A DNA stretch of 64,000 nt from Paragordius varius (lineage: Eukaryota; Animalia; Nematomorpha). The notes under the pieces are model-generated. The model was not told the DNA's origin. It searched no databases and worked only from the letters and a program-made list of their open reading frames with translations. The stretch covers positions 8,308,001 through 8,372,000 of the forward strand of contig OZ176050.1 of the NCBI GenBank assembly GCA_964247055.1. Direction: 5' to 3'. A program made the position numbers and the translations under genes. This document shows, piece by piece, positions 1-13,299 of this stretch; positions within the stretch are counted from its first letter, which is position 1, and each line of letters starts with the position of its first letter.

Positions 1-287
1 ATGTCAAAATCTAATTCTGTCTCAACAGTTAATTTGTAATATAATTTAATTAAAGTTATATGGTCAGAATATGTAAATTTCCACCCATGTCTGATAATAT
101 AAAGCCGCATTTGATGTGTCCAGTGAAGTAATCCTGGCCGAAAATTGCATTTGGAAATGGAGAGATAGATATTTTCTTTAATATGTTCAAAATGTTGCAA
201 TAATTTTTTGTTTATTATTGGAAAATATGGAAGAAATTTATCAAATTTATTAGATTTTTGAAATTTCATTTCAAGCGAATTTAACAT
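1..287 (-). CDS. PSME4: Proteasome activator complex subunit 4 (PA200/Blm10), 5' end only; runs off the window edge
   Basis: Minus-strand frame open from ATG at 287 (alternative ATG at 269) to base 1: MLNSLEMKFQKSNKFDKFLPYFP...FRPGLLHWTHQMRLYIIRHGWKFTYSDHITLIKLYYKL. This matches the recalled PSME4 N-terminus (QKEIVYNKLLPY...[38 protein letters not shown]). It is absent from the ORF track because there is no stop in the window. Confidence 0.85.
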   Translation of the reverse strand, partial: MLNSLEMKFQKSNKFDKFLPYFPIINKKLLQHFEHIKENIYLSISKCNFRPGLLHWTHQMRLYIIRHGWKFTYSDHITLIKLYYKLTVETELDFD

Positions 288-338
288 CCGAAGATTTGCA
301 TTATAAAATTAAACAACTGGTATAATTATAAGCGTCAT

Positions 339-969
339 ATGGATTCTGTGACCAACCCAATATTTTACTATCCCACTCCAGATAAAATTAAAGAATTATT
401 TGGAAAATTAAATGACAAGGTAAAGTTAAATTAAATTTTCTAGAAACTTGAACTTAAATGGAAAACTCCCGGGCGCATTGATTTAAATGAAAAGCCCGTA
501 GTAAAAAAGCAGCCAAAAAAGCATATCCACCGAAAACCCACAACGGCACATAATTTACAAAAACCTGACTTGTATGATGTAGACATTGATTCAAACAACG
601 AAAAAGATGACCTTAAAAGTTTTAAATTTTGGCTTAAAAGCGAATATTAATATAATAATTATCAACGCAGCCTTTCCACAGAACAATGTAAAGATCGTAA
701 TTTATGGAGGAAACTACTTCGTGGATACAAAACTCCGAATATGGAGTCCTAAAATTATCCATCCATCCATTTATTATTTTTCCTTTATAATTTTTAATTA
801 AATTTAAAAATGCAAATTCAATCCCTCATCCATCTTATAAGTTTTATTTAATTTTATTTTAGCTATTACGTCTTCATCTAAAAAGGACAAGAAATTTTCC
901 CCAACAAACTTTGATTCTGTTTTAAAGGATGTGATAAAACATAAAATATGGGACAAGGAAAAGATATGA
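339..969 (+). CDS. PAGR1: PAXIP1-associated glutamate-rich protein 1 (PA1)-like; exons 339-419, 444-618, 863-969
   Basis: Spliced product has YYPTPDKIKELFGKLNDK|KLELKWKTPGR (cf. invertebrate PA1 W.P.P..I..LYE.L....LEL.W.CPGR) and C-terminal NFDSVLKDVIKHKIWDKE (cf. RLDKVLSDMKRHKKLEEQ). GT-AG introns at 420-443 (24 nt) and 619-862 (244 nt). The start codon is uncertain. Confidence 0.7.
671..770 (+). mobile_element. RTE-type LINE 3'-terminal stub inside PAGR1 intron 2
   Basis: Translates LSTEQCKDRNLWRKLLRGYKTP*, resembling the RTE ORF end (A.DR..WR.L), followed by an (ATCC)n tail. Confidence 0.45.
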
Positions 970-1309
970 ATGTTATATAAATTAAGATTAAATGGGCATC
1001 ATGATCTCGCGAAGGTGAATATATTTACACTCTTGGATATTTTTAAACTAATTATGATTTTATTGTTTATATTTATTTAATAAATTTTATTACAAGGACC
1101 AAAATCTTTATATGAAAAAACAACTACACATAGCCTACTTTGGGTTTGATTGATTAAAAGAATCGTGGCTGACCGCTTTCACTCCATTACATTTTGTGGT
1201 AGTTTTATAACCCAGGGCGATTTCATTTTTGGATACTTTGATAAATATTTAAGATATTAAGCCGATTTTAAAAATATGCTTTATACAAACTATATAGATA
1301 GGCATATTA

Positions 1310-1485
1310 GGAAAACAAGGACGTGGGCGGCCTAAAGCGAAATGCATAGACACATCAAAAAGAGAGCTAGCAGAATACGAGCTTAAAGCAGAAGACGCCA
1401 TAGATAGAGTATATGGCGAGACAGGTTGTATAACCTGACCGCTCTCACGAGTCAAAACATGTAATGTAATAATAATAATAATATA
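1310..1485 (+). mobile_element. RTE-type LINE 3' fragment
   Basis: GKQGRGRPKAKCIDTSKRELAEYELKAEDAIDRV matches the RTE C-terminal G.R.RGRP...W.D....D......EDA.DR motif; followed by a (TAA)n tail. Confidence 0.7.
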
Positions 1486-1799
1486 ACAAAAAAAATTTCT
1501 TTAAATGTAAATTTGTGAAAAAATTCTCATCTCAAACTTTGCCGCCATTGCAACAGTCAAATAATGTATATTATTAGAAAATGAAAAAAATTAATTTAAA
1601 AAAGCGTTCAGGCTATATTTTACCACCAAAAATCGATATATTTTGATTTTCTCAGGTGTTTGTTTCAAGCGTGTTTTGGAGCTGTCCCAAGTTTAGGTTC
1701 TAGAAGTCACAAAACTGTAAAAAATATAATTTTTTTCTAATACATGAGAATTAAATTATAACTAAAATAACTTTTATAACTGTAGTTTATTTACAAAAT

Positions 1800-2800
1800 T
1801 GAGCTTTGAGATGTAAAACTACCTCAAAGGGAAACACGTCATAAAATTTAAGAATTTCGAAATCAATTAAATAATATATTTTTCAGCGTGTTAATTATAA
1901 TTAGCAAAATCCGCGAACCTTATTATTTTAAATAATTTTTTTCGTAAACCCTAAATATTTTTAACCAATATATTTCGTATAGTTTTATTATAATTCTTAG
2001 GCTATAGGCCCATAAATTTTTTTAATATATTGTTATTAAAATTAACGAGTTCGAGATTACCCCATAAAATTTTAAATATTGCCATCGATAAAAATATTTT
2101 TTTAAAAAACGCTTAAATTGCATTTTAAATCGAAATTTAGCATTTTATTACGTAGTTATGATATATTGCAAATTTCTGGAAATGGTATTATATATGCATG
2201 AATATTATAAAAAAACTTTTTTATATGATTCGATGCCTGAAGATTTCTAGAACATAAAAATTTGGTTTAAAAATTATTTTTTACGTTCAAATTTAGAAAA
2301 AAGCATTTTTACAATAATTTTTTGAATATGAATAGAAAACATTTAAAAAATGCTCTAGATGTCTTCCCCGACATCGAATAATATATAAAGTGTTTTGGAT
2401 ATTCAAACCTCCTTAATCCATTTCCGGTTGCAGTATAGCATAAAACATCGTTAATATAATTATGCAAAATTAAAATATAATCTATAATTTTTTTGACAAA
2501 AGCTAAATTTTATCGTAAAATGTAATGCTAGTTTAAAATTTTTATCGTTCAGCCTTTTTGTGTTAAATAAAAACCTGTGGCGTATATTAATAAAATTTCA
2601 AAATATTATTTTTAAGGGTACATTAAAACACAGGAGGGATTTTGCGATTTTCGAATTCGCCTAATTATGAAAACGTTGTAATATTTTTTAAGCTGGATAA
2701 CCTCTCATAAAAAAATACATCATTTTAAAAATACTTACTTTTTCAGAAATGCCTTAGTCTGATTATTTTTACCATTATTAAGAGAAAATAAATTAACTAT
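1800..2800. repeat. Degenerate ~1-kb foldback (palindromic) element centred near 2300
   Basis: Several matching inverted blocks, e.g. 2220-2255 (tatatgattcgatgcctgaagatttctagaacat) vs 2350-2390, 2140-2190 vs 2420-2460, and 2085-2140 vs 2500-2550. Ends approximate. Confidence 0.55.
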
Positions 2801-2829
2801 TTTATAACTATTTTTTAACCGATTGACCG

Positions 2830-2860
<31 letters not shown>

Positions 2861-3153
2861 CATCCTCCAAAATTATTAGAATGTGTTTTGAAAGTTTATA
2901 TATAAACTTAATTGTATGTTTTTAACATTTAAAATACTATGTTCGGTATAACCTTCCAGTTCCATGTTGTTACATTGGCTAAACTCCAATTATGTGCCAA
3001 ATGCATAAAATTTATATCCCAATTTTTTTACCATAAATTTCCCTACGATTTTGTATCATTCTATAGTACATAAAAGAGAAAATGTTTTTTAAGTTATCTC
3101 ATTCCTTTTTTTAAAATCACTTATTTAGTGTTAGATACAACACATATATTTAA

Positions 3154-3634
3154 GTCCTTTGATTCAAACTGGGGTCTTTGGGGACGTTTATGAAAATATG
3201 GAACAAAATGAAACCATTGGAAAAGTTTGCACTTTTATAACATTGATGCACCGAAAAAAAAGATCCATTTAAAAAACTTAATATAAAAATATTAATTATT
3301 TTATGGATAAACCTGAAGGAACATATGTGCATTAGTCAAATACATAGATAATGCAAAATAAACCATTTTTTCATATGTTAATGTTAAATGTAATTTTAAT
3401 TAAAAGTAAAATTTTAGCGTTAAAATAAAAAAACAATAATTTACAAAAATGGTGTAAAATAAAAATGGCGACGAAGCAGTTTGATATGGGAAATTTTTTT
3501 GAATCAAAATGTAATTATAAATTAGCTTATTTAAATAGTTAGGATAGAAGCATAAATTTAAATTAGGACCGTCTCCTTCAGCAGTTTTTCAATATCAATT
3601 TAAATATGGTGGATCTTTAATTTGAATCAAAGTG
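3154..3634. mobile_element. TTAA-flanked piggyBac-like MITE, family B
   Basis: TTAA on both sides; ends gtcctttgattcaaa / tttgaatcaaagtg form an imperfect TIR; internal sequence shared with 11160-11702 (inverted) and 23835-24330. Confidence 0.55.
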
Positions 3635-3769
3635 TTAACGTGTAAATCAGAGAATTATAAAAAATAAAAATTAACGTGCATCTAATCAAAGAGATAATAA
3701 GGCAATTTATTACATTTTTAGTATAAAATATTATTATTATAAATACATGTATGATAAATGTATTAGGTA

Positions 3770-6700
3770 TCAGAAGGATGTTAAACTTTCTTCCACTATA
3801 TGCGCATGTTTATAGGATACAAGATTATATTCACCCGGAGACTCCTTTATAATTACGTTTGTGTTTTGAAATATGGGATAATTATTGTATTTAATATCAC
3901 ATTTTGGTGGCGTATGGCCATTTTCATTACTAGTCATAATAATATCAACATAGTTTTTATCATCTTGGACGGTAGGGTAATCACATGCATTTTTGTTTTT
4001 TATAACATTGGCATCTGTAAGAATATTCGCTTCAATTTTATTTGAAACGGTTTGTGTTAGAGTTTCATCACACACTCGTTTTTGTTCAGCCTCTAACAAA
4101 TTCTCTTCTTCAGACGTGTAACTGCTAGTTGTTGGGCATATCGATTTTTTAACATTACCATCACGTTTAAGTATTCCGACACCGCTATCTTTGTGGTTAC
4201 TGATGTTGGCAGTTTTTGTGTTATCTATGCATATGATGACATTTATATTTATATCGTACTTTTATATTATTGATGGTATCATAATAGTTTTTAACTAGTA
4301 CATCGTTATTCAAGTGATGTAAAAGCATTTCTCCCAATCAATTATCTTTCTACTTTTAGTATCATGAACTGCATATAAGATTATTAAAACAAAGTAAGAT
4401 GTAGATTTTGAGGTTTGTATATGCTATTTTTATGGTTATATTTACATTATTTACAATTAATTATTTCCATTTGGGAGAAATTCAAAATGTTTGGAAAGGT
4501 AGGAGGGTAAGGAAAACGATGCCGATCATAGATAAGGTGGGAACATAATAAAAGAGCAAACTAAGACAACATTAAAAGATTTGAATAAAGCGGTAAAAAA
4601 CAGGTAGAAATAGAAGATAACAGTGCACAATATATCCATAAAAGTCGATTTTGACATAAATAATTAACCAATCATTTTGAAATAATTGAGCCATAAATTC
4701 AAAAAAAACCCAAATAAGAACTGGCCAAAAAACGATTCAACCGAATACATGTTTTTTTGGAAATAACCCAAAACTAGGAAAATTTTGAGCCGAAACGGTT
4801 CCGGTTTCAATTCCTTAAACTAGCGTATCTAATATTTCTAAATTTAAACAATAAATATATTAACATGTATTAAAAATAACTTACGTAATTCTTGGTTATT
4901 TAAGAGTGACATGGTAGTTGTGCCCAATATAGTGGCAGCGCATGCTGAAGTGAATAGTTCTGTGCATAATGAACAACAATGATCGTGATAACATGCAATA
5001 TATAACTCAAATTTATTTAAATGTGCAAAATAAATTCATTTTTTTGCATAAAATTTGGCAGCGAAACTCAGTTTTTAGCAAGGTTTGTAAAACCGAAAAC
5101 TTTACTTTGCGGGTTTGGGTTTACACATGTAAAAAATCTTTTAACGTTGTACCTTGATTATATGTTGAAGTACTATTTGTCCCTCCAGTTTTCCCGTATC
5201 CACCAGTGCCCATTGTCAACTTTCGGACATTTTTTTCAGGATGAAAAACTATTATATAAATTTTTGGACCAAACAGGCAAAATAGGGTGACTGAGGCACT
5301 TAGGCTTATTGATATACAAAGTGTTGTAGTTTGTATCTAAGGTAAAAATAATCATAGGAAAAAATTATTTTTTTGTAAAAAATATAAAACATTATGCAAA
5401 TACTTGGTATTCATTGAGCGTACTAAAGTAGATGGGTATAAATGCTAGCCAAATAATACAGGTTGTATACATCGAAAATCCAATGAATTTGGATTCATTA
5501 AAATTTTCAGGTATTTTGCGAGTTTTTACAGCATAAACCGTACAAACTATTATAAGTACGATATTGTATGTTAAGGATACCAAAAACGATGTATCTTTGA
5601 TTCGGCATTTTAAAATGACGATATCTCGTTTATTTTCGGGTGAAAAATTTCTAGTCCCAGGTGTTTCAAGCGTAAACCAGATTCCAGTCATGATGACCTG
5701 GATTGAAATTAGAATGATGGCAATTACAAGCTGAGAGGCTGGGCTTATAAAAGCTGGTCGTTTGGCTGATCGATTAGCGCTATCGAATATTCGAGATATT
5801 CTATTTGTTTTAGTTAGTAAGCTGGAATACATAATGGCGAAACCGAACCCAATCATAAATCTTTGCAAAGCACAGACTAAGAGAGTCGGCTTAGCTAACA
5901 ATGGAAACGTGCAGAGGTAACACAGTAAAATCCCAATTAACAGCATAAAACTCAATTCTCTACCTGAAGCCTTAACTAGTGGTGTATCAATATGAATGAG
6001 GAAAACGAGTCCAACATAAAGAGTCAATAACGTTCCCGTTAATGAAACACAAATTGGTATTATGGCGTACATGCTGTCCCAATGTATGTAACGAAGTGGA
6101 AGTTCAAAACATTTATTTAATAAAGGAGGTCTTGGCCACCACCCAGTCCCACAATCCACACAAGTGGTTTCATTGAAAACATATTCCCAGGGTTGACATC
6201 GGGTACAGATCCAGCAACATACGTCTCCTTTTAAATAAATTATATACATTAACCGATAAGGGAAGTTAAGTTTCTTCTGAAAAATAATAATGATAAAACA
6301 TTTATAAAAAATTTCTTTTTAATTATATATAAATTAGCATTATTAAGTCATCCCTTTATACTTACTAATTACTCTACTCTATTTGTTGGATTAAACAATA
6401 TAAAAAAGCTACTTAATCATAGAGACCCTAAACCAAAACATTTCCAATTAAAATGTCTTAAAAAGCCGTATGATTATTAAAACAATACCTTTTTGCATAT
6501 TTTTTATTTCTCCTCTCTTACATGGTTCACTACATCGTGAAACAGGAATTCGAACAACCATTTTCGAATTTTCAGATCTCTTTACATTGTTTTTGAAAGC
6601 TCTGTTATACAAAACGGATGCATAGCACAAAAAACGTTTTTGTCTTGATTGTTGAAGTATGGTTGAGACATCAGAATCAGTGGCGTCAATTTCAATATCA

Positions 6701-9329
6701 TCCGTATCATCGTTAGAATTTTGTGTATCGATTCGTGTTAACGATTTATCCGAAACGGCTTTTAAACTATTATTATTTTTCAAGACATTCACCATTTTTT
6801 TAGTTATGAAATGCAATGGTTTCGTTATCTGATTATTTTTGTGAGTGCTAATGTCAACAATTTCATTTTTACCCTGTATAGTAATTGTGGAATTTTGGAT
6901 AAGGGTATAATCTTCTCCAGCACCGTCCATAACCAAAGAAGCTTTCCATTTTATGTCTGAAACGTTGAGGTGCAAACCTTCATGCCAGAAGCCTACGACT
7001 TTGTATTCATACATTTTTTGCACATCATTGTATTGATAATTTAAAATATTATATTTGGGTATGCCATCACCATGATTATCAAATTTGCTTATTTCTCCAA
7101 CAATGTCTATTTTATTTTAATTAAATAAATGCGATTTTAAAATAAATTATTATTGGAAGAATATGTATGACAGAGCCACGGCGAAAAAATACCACCAAAA
7201 ATGTGTTAAATAATAACGGGGTTTCACATCCCCAATGTTAGTTAAAAAACAATTATTCAACGGGTCATATTTTCCGAAATCGGTTCTGGTTTCAAAATAT
7301 TTTAAGATTATCAAATAAATAACCTTTTTCAATTATTATAGTATTCAAACATTAACCATAATAACGGATAAAATTGTTTTTCAATAAATCTTTTTAATAT
7401 AAAAACCAATCATCATCTTAATGTCTTTTTATTCTCACAAAATCACAAAATCTGTAATCAAAATTTTTTGGTAAACTTATTTTCAAATAAATTTGTTTTT
7501 TGATAGTAATTATATTAAAAGATTAGAAATATAATTGTAATAATTTTGTATTCCTTCCATAACATTCTATTAATTTTTTACAAAACTTCTCTTAGGTTAT
7601 TTCTTAGACCAAAAAATTTCGTCGTCCAATTCTTTTACAAAATTAAACTTAACTTATTTTAAAAAAATTTAACCAAATATAATATATGCATACTTGTAAA
7701 TGACATATTGAGAATGTATGTTTTAAAAAATTCGGCACCATCCATTTTTTTCATTTCTGTACATGCACCATGTTTATCAGTGCATTTATCCTGTTGAAAC
7801 CGATGGAGGGCGTTAGCCATAGCGAATACTGCATCTATGATAAATTGGGTCTTTCCCTCTTGGTTATAATTTGTATCATCAATGATTTGGCTTAAATTGC
7901 AAGCGGTTTTGTGATTTATTGCTCGTATCAAACGTGTATTGGAGTTTATTGTATGGAATTCCAAATTAAAATTGGATATATGTGTATGATGAATAAAGCT
8001 GTCGTTTTGTAGCGATCTTATTTTTCTGTTTAAAGCATTTGGTTTTAGGTTATCGAAATCCATATTTAGTTTACACCTAAAATGTTGTTCCCAAAACTCT
8101 TTTAACCATAACCATCCACTTCTCCAAGCTCTACTAGGGGAATTAAAATTGGTCGGATGAATTTGCTTAAAATAAGTATCGAATCCAGTTATCCGCTTTG
8201 ATTGTAATTCGATAGTTATTGCCCCTACTGCTGCATCTTCTCTCCCTCGAACGACTAAATCCTCACGGCCCCAACCATCTCCAGAAATGTATACAAAATC
8301 GTTTCTCAGAGTTGATCGCTTAACCGCTCGTAAGAAGTCAGCGGCATCTTCGATTTTAAGAAAAAGGATGAGAACTTTTGCATTTGGTTTTTGATTTAGG
8401 TTTTTTAGTACCATATCAAAGTCATCTGGTTTGGCATTCATTGGAATCTTTTCCGATAAGGCGATACATATATTTTTCTTTTTAGCTTCATGAGTAAAGG
8501 ACTCAATCCCAGATTCCCCATAATCACCCTGACTAGCAACAGTCGACACATATGTCCAACCCAATTTATGAGCTATATCTACCATAGCCCTTGCTTGGTA
8601 TTGATCTGGTGGAACGGTTCGTGCAAAGTAATCATATCTGGATTTATCACTTAAAACACTAGATGTTGATGCATAACTAATTTGAGGAATACGAAAGAGC
8701 CGTAATAAATTAGCCACTTGTATGGAGACACCACTATAGGAACCGCCGATAACGCCCAAAACTGGGGTCGGTAGTTTTTTATATCGAGGCATTGAACCAT
8801 CTGAACATACCAAACTGCTTGTAAAATCATCTTCTTCATCGATTGGTGTGCTACTATTTTTTACTTCAATATTTTTGTGGATTTTATTAGTTGGCTTTGG
8901 TGAAGTTTTTGGCAGGGGGTCACCTATTTTTGTGTCCATCAGATTCATTTTGACCCGAACGAATTCAAGGGATTGATTCAAGGCATAATTTTCTCGTGCA
9001 CATGTATCTAAAATGTTGACGCCCAATTTTATGCCTGGCAATATATTTGTGTCATTGTTGATTAGTTCAATGGCATAAAGCATGGCCATAAACCTTTGGA
9101 TTCCCCGTTCAACGTTTATTCGCCCGCATGGGACTTCATCGCTCCCCTTCAAATGAATGGGAAACAGGCCTCCTAATATAATGTCTCCTGAGAGCTTTAT
9201 AGATGCGTATGAATATCCACCAAATAGAATAATTGTTATAAGTAAGGATAAATGTTTAAATTGTTGGCTAGCCAAGAGTATTATTCTGAGGTGATTAGAA
9301 TGATATTTGGTTTTATAAATAAGATTCAT
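3770..9329 (-). CDS. mGluR: Metabotropic glutamate receptor (class C GPCR, group II/DmGluRA-like); exons 9329-7694, 7106-6489, 6227-5404, 5336-5153, 4959-4885, 4224-3770
   Basis: Signal-like N-terminus and Venus flytrap domain ([48 protein letters not shown]). Cys-rich domain (CSEPC...CCWICTRC) and 7TM ([29 protein letters not shown]; TM7 [25 protein letters not shown]). All five introns are GT-AG and phase-compatible (587, 261, 67, 193, 660 nt). The last two exons are joined on splice-phase evidence only. Protein ends ...ESLTSF*. Confidence 0.93.
4490..4655 (+). mobile_element. RTE-type LINE 3' fragment in mGluR last intron (antisense)
   Basis: Decayed FGKVGG*GKRCRS*IRWEHN...KITVHNIS resembles the RTE end GKVEGKR.RGR...RW.D.I.....WR..VH. 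Confidence 0.5.
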
Positions 9330-11159
9330 AAATAGTTATTTCCAATAAAACGACGAGCATTCATTCCTTAAGGACTCTAAAAATAATATAGTAACATGAT
9401 TTCAAAACATTGCAAATAATACTTATCATATATAAAGTATACTAAAAGTTAAGAAAATGATTGACTATCATTCCATTTAAGCCTTGCGATTTTCCAATTA
9501 AAACATAAAACTACTTACTATCAATGCAATCGATAAAATCCAACTTGTAATGATATTCATACTACCAGTTACTATACTAATTCCGATTGTTTTATTATTT
9601 GGAAAAGCGGAAATAATAATTTGTATGCTTCATTTCTCTAACTAATGAAAACTAAGTCGATAATGTATAATGAATGAAACATTTTTTATTTTCTTTAAAA
9701 AATCATAAACTGGCACGAAATTGGAAAAAAATTCAGTTTTTTTGAAAAAACATTGGTAAACCGAACATTATGGAGACATGCTGCCGGTTCCTTATTGAAT
9801 ATGTTAAGTTGTTTGATTTTGATCAATATAATCGCATTGGTTAAAGTTTAAATAATCAATTTAAAATCTCATATCCAAAAATTCAGGGATCATCCAGCCA
9901 ACAAATAGATAAAATGAAACTTTGCCATAAAGAATAGTCATTAAATATTTCTTTCCTTATAATAACAGTGTTCTCATTAGTTAAGGTTAACAATGTAAGA
10001 AAGTTAATTTTTTTAATGCTTATTATTTTTTGAGTGTTTAATAGATTTAACATTAACTAATCTAAGCTAAACTTAAATGTAAAAATTGTCATTTGAGATA
10101 ACGGTTTAAAAATTTTGTTATAATCCAGGCAGTTACACATAACATAAGCATAAGAAGATTTAGTGTGCATGCTTAAAAATTAAACCATTTTGTTTTACGC
10201 ATTCACTAAACAGTTATAATCTATATTTAAAAAGTGTGGTGACTCTGGGAAACAAACTATTATAGCTATTATTGTAATGATTTAATCCATATCAACTTAT
10301 TTTACAGCAAGCATAAAATAAAAGTTTTTATTAAAAATAGAATTTAAGTTATTTTTATATTTACATTTAAATCCTTTCACAAAAACGACGGGAGTCATCG
10401 AGTATTGAAAATTGCATGGTTAATTTCAAAAGCGCGTAATTACTTTTTTAATAGTTTCGCTAGCTCGCTCATCCCTCTTCGTTTCGTGTTATTATTCCAT
10501 TATAAAGATTAAAAAATGAATGAAAATTCTCCTTTTTAAATGATATTTATTAATTTGTGTTGTGTGTGCTATAAATTTTTAATATTTTTAACGACACACA
10601 CATAAAAAAATTGATTTGGTAATTAAAATAATTATATTATGGTAGCAGTTACAGACCTTTAGATTGTGCTTTTTAATGACCTTTTACAATGATGGCACCA
10701 CATATGAACCACTAATTAATACCATCATTATTAATTAAATAAAATTAATGTGTTTAAATACTATTATCGTGTAATCGTATTAGCGCGCTCATTTAAATTT
10801 TTAAATAAAAAATTGATTGAAATTTGGATATAATTTTGTTAAAATAAATGTCTATCCATTGTAATCTATTTAAATATAATATTTTTGGATGATGTCCAAA
10901 AAAGCTTATGGTATTATGACAGATAAAAACTGTTCACAACACTAAATATTTAAATATGGTTTATGATGGGCTTTCAAAACTAAAAATTTTTGGGGTTGAA
11001 GCAGTTAATATTTGGAAAAATAGGGTATATATTAAATAACTCATTATCAATTTATTTGCCCAATACTTTTTAAAACCAAAAAAATGAAAGTAAACGCACA
11101 AAATTATTATTATCTTTTATAATATAGGGAGGAAATAAAATATAACTGAATAATTTTAA

Positions 11160-11702
11160 CACTTCGATTCAGATTGGGGTATCTAAATACCCAGACTAAA
11201 TTTGAGTTAGGATGTTTAAAAAACTATTGGAGGAAAGGGTCCTAATTTAAATTTATGCTTCTATTTTAATAAAAATTATATAAATATGTCAAAATATTTG
11301 TTTTGAAAATAAGTTTCATGTCAAAATACTTCGACGCCAATTTTATTTTACAAAATTTTTGCAAAATATCGTCTTTATTTATTTTTGAGGGAATTAAATT
11401 TAATTTTTTATTTAAATTATATCTAACATTGATAGAAATAGAATAAGCAATTTATTTTGTATTATTTTTCAATTTTATCATTCACATGTCACGTAAGGTT
11501 TTATCTTTAATTAAGTAATATCAAGTAATTTTTGAATGAAATTTTTATATATTTAGGTTTATTAATGTTAAATAATTGCAAAATTTTGCCATAGTTTCGA
11601 TTCCTTCCAGATTTTTTAAAGAATTTAATTTTTAACAGGCCTTGGGTATTTAACTACCTAATTTGAATCGAGGGACTAAAATGAATGTGTTGTATCCAAG
11701 TG
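11160..11702. mobile_element. TTAA-flanked piggyBac-like MITE, family B
   Basis: ttaa|cacttcgattcagattggggtatctaaatacc ... ggtatttaactacctaatttgaatcgaggg...aagtg|ttaa; internal sequence similar to 3154-3634 in reverse orientation. Confidence 0.55.
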
Positions 11703-13299
11703 TTAAACATGTGCCAAAAACATGTCTCCCATAATAAAATTTAACAACAAGCCATCGATCAACTAGTTTGTAAAAAGATGAAACGGTAAAAATAGTTTTG
11801 CATTGTTAATTTAAGAAATTATATAATTAATATTTGGTAATCACCAAATGTTAAGATTAATGACATATATCTAAAATATCAAAATTGGATTGTGATTATT
11901 TCTTTGCATTAATTTATCCAAAAAAGCAAACTCTTTGATTTTGTTATTTTAGAAATTGTATTGTGAACAAGAGATTTTATACTCCTTGAAACTTAGCTCT
12001 TATGAGGCTGAATGGATGGATCTTAACTAATCCCACTTTATAGCATTTGTGTGTTTTCTTTTATAATATTAATAAAAAATTAAAAAACCAAGGGTTCATT
12101 TTGTTTCCTACTCTTTTTTCAAATATTTTGTTTTTTGGCTAACCCTCTAAATTTATTCTAAAATATAAGATTATGCATCACATTTCTGAACTATTAGACG
12201 TAAAAAAAGTGGTGAGATTAACCACTTTTTGTTTTAAAAATAACTCTAATTCAAATATGAAACAGAAAAAAATTTCTTATAAAGAGTTGTGAAGATAATC
12301 CATACATAAAGATTTTTAGTAAAATCAATAAATTTGATTAAGTAGCATGTATCATTCCTTATATAGAGAAAAAAACTGCCTGTCATCTTTTCTTTCTTTT
12401 TTTTTATTAAATTATCCCAAATTCATGTAGAAAAAATGCAAAATTTATGTAAATTAATATTTTTGCATATAATTTTTAATATACTTTTGGTATTCATTTT
12501 TGGTAATGTTTGTAGATTAGCCATGTCCTCTTTTTTGCATCCTTATATAATTTCATAAAAGCACACTAAATAAAATAGATTTTCCTAGTCATGTACTCAA
12601 AATAGATTTGAACTTAAAGAAACTTTGATGTTACCTATTTTAAAAATCACATCCCTACGAAATAAATATTTTTAAACTAATTCTGTCATGAATAAATCAT
12701 AACTCTGTGCTAAACTGGCCATAAACTCTATTTTATAATTACATATTTATAGCATTATAAACTTTACATTAAAAAAACGACGCCTTCATCCCTTATAGAA
12801 TCTCATATATCTATATGAATTTCTATAAATTAAATAAAATTTAATGAAATCTTTCAGAGCTATATTTTGGTTGATTTGCCTCTGTAGATGTTAAAAATTA
12901 TTGAGCAAAACAGTTTTTGTTGTGCATATTAAATTTATAATCTCTTTTGTGAAATATATTGATACACATGGGCATTTTTATATTTTAAGATTATTTAAAA
13001 TTTATATATAATGATATTAGAAAATGCTAAGCTTGAATATGATTGACTAGTGCAGGGGTGGCCAATTTTTCCACGGGCTACTTTTTTGGGAGAAAATTTT
13101 ACGCGGGCACGTATGATTATTATTATTAAGTAATAAAACAATAATTTATCACTTCAACACAAATGATGCAAGTCTTTATATCTCTATTTACGGATTGGGG
13201 TAACTAGCACAGGCCATTAAATATTACAACAATTATTTAAGTAGATATTTTTATATAATCCTAATTTTATTAATATACATAAATAATGTTGATTCAGAG

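Noticed and set aside
222-325. Apparent in-frame TAG read-through on the plus strand (MEEIYQIY*IFEISF...)
   Set aside because: It is the antisense of the PSME4 coding sequence, so there is no evidence for stop-codon reassignment.
586-801. ORF-track 71-aa plus-strand ORF
   Set aside because: Off-frame overlap of PAGR1 exon 2, its intron and an RTE stub.
3800-5290. Plus-strand ORFs at 3800, 4969 and 5021 (also minus-strand 8651-8839)
   Set aside because: Antisense or alternate-frame shadows of mGluR exons.
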